A stretch of 64,000 nucleotides of DNA from Clostridia bacterium (GTDB lineage Bacteria > Bacillota > Clostridia > RGIG6154), in NCBI GenBank assembly GCA_045589295.1, contig JAZNOU010000001.1, positions 1-64,000 on the forward strand, written 5' to 3'. Both the position numbers and the translations under genes were made by a program. The notes under the pieces are model-generated. The model worked only from the letters and a program-made list of their open reading frames with translations, was not told the DNA's origin and ran no database searches. Numbering within the stretch: position 1 is the first letter of the stretch; each line of letters opens with the position of its first letter. Below, piece by piece: positions 59,787-64,000 of the stretch.

Positions 59787-60641
59787 ATGGCTTCATTAAA
59801 AGATATTTTATATGTTATTGAAAAAAACACAAAAATAAACATCTACATTCAGGATTTATCAGGTATTTTTTCAAACGAACTTTGTGACGTTGAGCCTATA
59901 AACAAATCGTATCACTCAAATCTTTATACATTTTTGGGTCAATGTAAAAAATACGATGATTGCAGAAATTTTGTTAAAGACATTTCTGCCAAAACTCTCC
60001 CATTTATAAGGCAGTGCCCCTGCGGTATGAATGAGGCTGTCTACCCTGTTGTTTATGATGGTAAGTTGAAATGTATTTTATACGCTGAAAACTTCACAAC
60101 CGACAAAGACAATTCAATCTCATTACTACAAGAATTTTGCAATGGAAATTTTGAGCAAGCAAAGAACATTTTAGATAACCTTCCTCAACAAGATGATATA
60201 TTACAAATTTTGAAAGTGATTTCGACCTACATTGTGCTTTTTCTTAAAAATTTCAGCTTTGCAGAAGAAAAAAAGAACGTCAGCAATTCTCATTGGGTTG
60301 TTCACAATTTAATAAGACACATAGAAAACGAATATTTCAAGGATATTAACATAAAGCAGTTAGCTTCACTTTATGGCTTTAATGAAAAATACCTCGGAAG
60401 GATTTTTAAATCTGAAACATCAAAAACATTCCATGAATATTTAAACTCTGTACGTTTAAACAAAGCAATTGAAATGTTGGAAAACAGTGAAGAAGCCGTT
60501 GTTAAAATTTCTAAAAAATGCGGTTTTAATAACGTCACATACTTTAACCGAATATTCTATAAGATTTATGGAAAAACCCCGCTGGAGTATAGAAAATCTA
60601 AATCAGGTCGCTTCTGGGACAAGCATTCATATCTTTTGTAA
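59787..60641 (+). CDS. AraC-family regulator with PocR-like sensor domain
   Basis: CPCGMNEAVYPV; C-terminal YLGRIFK...GFNNVTYFNRIF. Confidence 0.85.
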   Translation: MASLKDILYVIEKNTKINIYIQDLSGIFSNELCDVEPINKSYHSNLYTFLGQCKKYDDCRNFVKDISAKTLPFIRQCPCGMNEAVYPVVYDGKLKCILYAENFTTDKDNSISLLQEFCNGNFEQAKNILDNLPQQDDILQILKVISTYIVLFLKNFSFAEEKKNVSNSHWVVHNLIRHIENEYFKDINIKQLASLYGFNEKYLGRIFKSETSKTFHEYLNSVRLNKAIEMLENSEEAVVKISKKCGFNNVTYFNRIFYKIYGKTPLEYRKSKSGRFWDKHSYLL

Positions 60642-60731
60642 TTTTTACCGGGCTTCTTGCCCGGTTTTTACTTGCCAAAACAATTTTTACGTGCTATAAT
60701 TTTTATGGATTTAATTTTAGGATGTGATTTT

Positions 60732-61580
60732 TTGACCTGGGTTTATTTAGTAATGCTCTACAGCATTATAAAAGGTATACGTGAAGTTTTAAAAAAGAAA
60801 TCTTTGCAGATAAATACACTTGCTGAGGTTTTGTTCTTTCACACCCTCTTAGGATTTATTCTTGTTATTCCAACTTGTACACAAGAAGTATTTAACATCA
60901 CATTAGGTCAGTTTTTTATGATTTTTGTAAAATCATCTGTAGTCTTTATGGCTTGGATTTTATCATTTACTTCCATAAAACATACCCCGATAAGTATTGT
61001 GGGAATTATTGATATGAGCAGCATTGTTTTTTCAACACTTCTGGCTTTGATATTTCTTGGCGAAGAAATGACAGTGACAAATACAATAGGATTTTTTCTT
61101 GTAGTTTTGGGTGTATTTCTGGTTAACTTCAAAAGGGGTAAAAAAAGTGAACAGGTGAAACCCTTTTACATCTTTTTAATGCTTACTTCTTGCCTTTTTA
61201 ACTCAACCTCAGGACTTATTGACAAAATTGCCATGAAGCAAATGACAAGTGCACAGGTGCAGTTCTGGTTTATGCTCTTTTTAAGTGTTTTCTATCTTTT
61301 GTTCCTGCTTGCAAATCAGGGCAAAAATGTTAATTTCAAAGCAGTTGTAAAAAACAAATATATATGGATTTTAAGTATAATTTTCATTATCGGTGACCGC
61401 GCACTTTTTATTGCAAACGCTAACCCTGAAAGCCAAGTCACTATAATGACTTTAATAAAACAGTCCTCTGTTTTTGTGGTTGTGCTTTTAGGAAAATTTA
61501 TTTTTAAAGAAAAAAATATTGCCTACAAATCACTTTGTGCAAGTATAGTTATCTTAGGCGTTTTTATTTCTCTGGTTTAA
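60732..61580 (+). CDS. DMT/EamA family transporter
   Basis: About 10 TM helices with two EamA repeats (LIFLGE, FIFKEK); probable TTG start. Confidence 0.82.
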   Translation: MTWVYLVMLYSIIKGIREVLKKKSLQINTLAEVLFFHTLLGFILVIPTCTQEVFNITLGQFFMIFVKSSVVFMAWILSFTSIKHTPISIVGIIDMSSIVFSTLLALIFLGEEMTVTNTIGFFLVVLGVFLVNFKRGKKSEQVKPFYIFLMLTSCLFNSTSGLIDKIAMKQMTSAQVQFWFMLFLSVFYLLFLLANQGKNVNFKAVVKNKYIWILSIIFIIGDRALFIANANPESQVTIMTLIKQSSVFVVVLLGKFIFKEKNIAYKSLCASIVILGVFISLV

Positions 61581-61589
61581 GGAGGAAAT

Positions 61590-62618
61590 ATGAATAAAAT
61601 TATTATAGCAATGAGCGGTGGTGTAGATAGTTCTGCTGCAGCTTACCTGACTAAAAAAAGTTTTGAAAATGTAACAGGTATCACATTAAGGCTTACTGAC
61701 AATCAGGATGCCGATATTTTAGATGCTAAAAAAACAGCCGAGCTTGCGGGTATTGAACATATTGTTTTAGATTTAAAAGAAGAATTCAAAAAATATGTAA
61801 TTGATGAATTTGTACAGGCTTACGAAATGGGACTTACTCCAAATCCTTGTATTTTTTGTAACAAAAGCATTAAATTTGGGCTTTTGCACGAAAGTGCACA
61901 AGAACTTGGTTATAACCAAGTTGCAACAGGTCACTATGCAATTATTGAACAGCAAAACGATAGATTTTTGCTAAAAAAGGCAATTGACACATTTAAAGAC
62001 CAAAGCTATGTACTGTACTCCCTTTCCCAAGAGCAACTTTCAAAAACTCTGTTTCCTTTAGGAGCTCTTACAAAAGCCGAAATAAGAGAAATAGCTTATA
62101 ATTCAGGATTTGTAAATGCCTCAAAAAAGGATAGCCAGGATATTTGTTTTGTGCCTGACGGCGACTATGCAAAATTTATTGAAGACTATACCAAAAAAAG
62201 CTTTAAAAAGGGAAATTTTGTAGACATAGATGGTAACATATTAGGTCAGCACCAAGGAATAATAAACTATACAATCGGACAAAGAAAAGGTCTTGGACTT
62301 TCATTTGACAGTCCAAGATATGTATGCTCAAAATGTGCAAAAACGAACACGGTTGTACTTGGTAAAGAAGATGCACTTTTTTCAAAATCTTTGGATTGTA
62401 CCAATCTTAATCTTATAGCTTATGATAAACTAAACTCGCCAATCAAAGTAAAAGCAAAAACAAGATACAAACAAGCAGAAATACCAGCAACACTCACTCA
62501 GACAAGCGAAACTGAGGCACACGTCGAGTTCGACGAAGCACTTCGTGCAATAACTCCGGGACAATCTGTAGTATTTTATGACGGCGACTATGTAATAGGC
62601 GGAGGAATAATAAAATAA
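61590..62618 (+). CDS. mnmA: tRNA 2-thiouridylase MnmA
   Basis: MSGGVDS, TPNPCIFCN, ATGHYA, KDQSY, DSQDICF, TPGQ. Confidence 0.97.
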   Translation: MNKIIIAMSGGVDSSAAAYLTKKSFENVTGITLRLTDNQDADILDAKKTAELAGIEHIVLDLKEEFKKYVIDEFVQAYEMGLTPNPCIFCNKSIKFGLLHESAQELGYNQVATGHYAIIEQQNDRFLLKKAIDTFKDQSYVLYSLSQEQLSKTLFPLGALTKAEIREIAYNSGFVNASKKDSQDICFVPDGDYAKFIEDYTKKSFKKGNFVDIDGNILGQHQGIINYTIGQRKGLGLSFDSPRYVCSKCAKTNTVVLGKEDALFSKSLDCTNLNLIAYDKLNSPIKVKAKTRYKQAEIPATLTQTSETEAHVEFDEALRAITPGQSVVFYDGDYVIGGGIIK

Positions 62619-62620
62619 TT

Positions 62621-62652
62621 AAAGCGGTTATTTCCCGGGAAATAACCGCTTT
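62621..62652. terminator. 32-bp perfect palindrome: bidirectional terminator containing Noc-binding site copy 2
   Basis: AAAGCGGTTATTTCCC|GGGAAATAACCGCTTT between convergent mnmA and nagA. Confidence 0.8.
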
Positions 62653-62656
62653 TAAA

Positions 62657-63793
62657 TTACGCTTTATGAACTAACCTACCATTTACAAATACGTATTTTA
62701 TATTTAAGTCTTTATCTAAAATAACAATATCAGCTGCTTTACCTTCTTTAAGACTTCCAACTTCATCATCCATCTTAACAGATTTTGCAGGATTTATTGT
62801 TGCCATTTTAACTGCATCTTCAAGACAAACTCCAACCGAAACCATATTTCTGATTCCGTCAATAAGACAACTTGTTCCACCTGCGATAGTGCCATCTAAA
62901 AGATAAGTTTTTCTGTCTTTTACAACAATCGGATTATTTGTATTTTCTCTGAACTTTCCATCAGGCAGTCCTGTGCCAATTTCAGAGTCTGTAATCATAA
63001 TTATTTTATCCGCACCCTTTAAGTCATAAACCATTTTGCAAACCTGTGGGTGAACATGGAAAAAGTCGCAGATAAGTTCGCAATCAACATTTTTGTTCAT
63101 AAGTGCTGCGCCTGAAACACCTGGTTCACGATGATTGAGTGGACTCATTGCATTAAATGTATGCGTTGCTCTTGTAACTCCCCACTCTACACCTTTTTGT
63201 GCTTGTTCAAAAGTTGCATCTGTGTGTCCCATTGTTACAACAGTACCAAAATCAACAATATGCTTTATTGTTTCTTCAGCATTTGGAAGTTCAGGTGCTA
63301 AAGTGATAAGTTTGATATCTTTTCCGCCTGCTTCTTCAAATGTTTTAAACTCCTCAATGCTTGTATCTCTTATGTTTATAGGTAAATGTGCACCCTTTTT
63401 TGCTGTGCTGAAAAACGGACCCTCTAAATGCAGCCCAAGATATTTAGCACCAGGAGCATTATTTTTGTTTTCTTTGTAAAAACGGATTGCCTTAACCATT
63501 CTATCATTAGGTGCCGCAGAAAGTGTTGCAAACAGTGAAGTTGTTCCGTTTTTTGCCTGAAACTCTGAAATCTTCGCATAAGCATCTTCCTCTTCAGGCC
63601 AGTAATCAACCCCTACTGCACCATGCATATGCGAATCAATAAACCCTGGCACTACGTACATTCCACTTGCGTCAATAACTTCGCCCCGTTCGTCCAATTT
63701 ACCGATTTTTTCTATTTTATCACCATTTATAACCAAATCAGAATTTTCAAACTTAAATTCATCATTTAACAATTTCCCGTTTTTTATAATCAT
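62657..63793 (-). CDS. nagA: N-acetylglucosamine-6-phosphate deacetylase
   Basis: PGFIDSHMHG, HLEGPF, KGAH, TLAPE, GHT, THTFNAM, HVHP. Confidence 0.93.
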   Translation of the reverse strand: MIIKNGKLLNDEFKFENSDLVINGDKIEKIGKLDERGEVIDASGMYVVPGFIDSHMHGAVGVDYWPEEEDAYAKISEFQAKNGTTSLFATLSAAPNDRMVKAIRFYKENKNNAPGAKYLGLHLEGPFFSTAKKGAHLPINIRDTSIEEFKTFEEAGGKDIKLITLAPELPNAEETIKHIVDFGTVVTMGHTDATFEQAQKGVEWGVTRATHTFNAMSPLNHREPGVSGAALMNKNVDCELICDFFHVHPQVCKMVYDLKGADKIIMITDSEIGTGLPDGKFRENTNNPIVVKDRKTYLLDGTIAGGTSCLIDGIRNMVSVGVCLEDAVKMATINPAKSVKMDDEVGSLKEGKAADIVILDKDLNIKYVFVNGRLVHKA

Positions 63794-63931
63794 AACCTTG
63801 CCTCCTTATGCGTTAACAGTATAACATAACAACTAAGAAAATGCAACATATATTCCCTTTTTTGTTTAATATACAAAAACACTTGTAGCATACTAAAAGG
63901 CTCAAAAATACTCACATTACATAGCCTGACA

Positions 63932-63970
63932 ACTAAAACTACCGCAAGGAATTCTTGCGGTGTTTTTAGT
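63932..63970. terminator. Hairpin near right edge, probable terminator
   Basis: ACCGCAAG/CTTGCGGT stem extended by ACTAAAA/TTTTAGT. Confidence 0.55.
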
Positions 63971-64000
63971 ATTATACCTCATAACTTTGAGTGTTTGCAC

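Noticed and set aside
1-64000. CRISPR array, tRNA/rRNA genes, prophage, classical integron (intI/attC)
   Set aside because: No regularly spaced repeats, RNA gene signatures, phage genes or tyrosine integrase were seen by eye.

Overview
Low-GC Clostridia-type (Oscillospirales/Clostridiales-like) chromosomal segment, mostly housekeeping: ftsH-hpt-tilS-dnaB-rplI-gdpP-yybS, polA-coaE-slt, ppdK, serC-serA-apt, a complete t6A operon (tsaE-tsaB-deaminase-sua5-rimI-tsaD), a glycogen cluster (glgB-C-D-A-P-malQ plus a divergent GH13), an EF-G paralogue, putP, mnmA and nagA. There are two accessory spots: the left edge (1-2501; IS1595-family transposase plus an XRE gene) and a 406-bp insertion (39369-39774) that splits an unannotated VOC/glyoxalase gene. 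The main observation is that the two unrelated accessory genes, 39 kb apart, are each bracketed by the same pair of 12-bp quasi-palindromic sites in inverted orientation (on the gene strand AAATAAGAATTT upstream and AAATTCCAATTT at or just after the stop codon). One gene has no room for its own promoter. The other lies between an external promoter and an external terminator. This suggests a gene-cassette capture/exchange system whose recombinase is not identified in the window. Other items absent from the ORF track: two perfect Noc-binding sites, two small Cys/Gly-rich membrane peptides behind a sigK-like promoter, a candidate sRNA, a structured 5' leader on a G5/3D cell-wall gene, a 44-bp perfect palindrome before putP, and a GH78-like protein lacking its catalytic motif. 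No rRNA, tRNA or CRISPR array was seen. All family calls come from motif recognition, not database searches.
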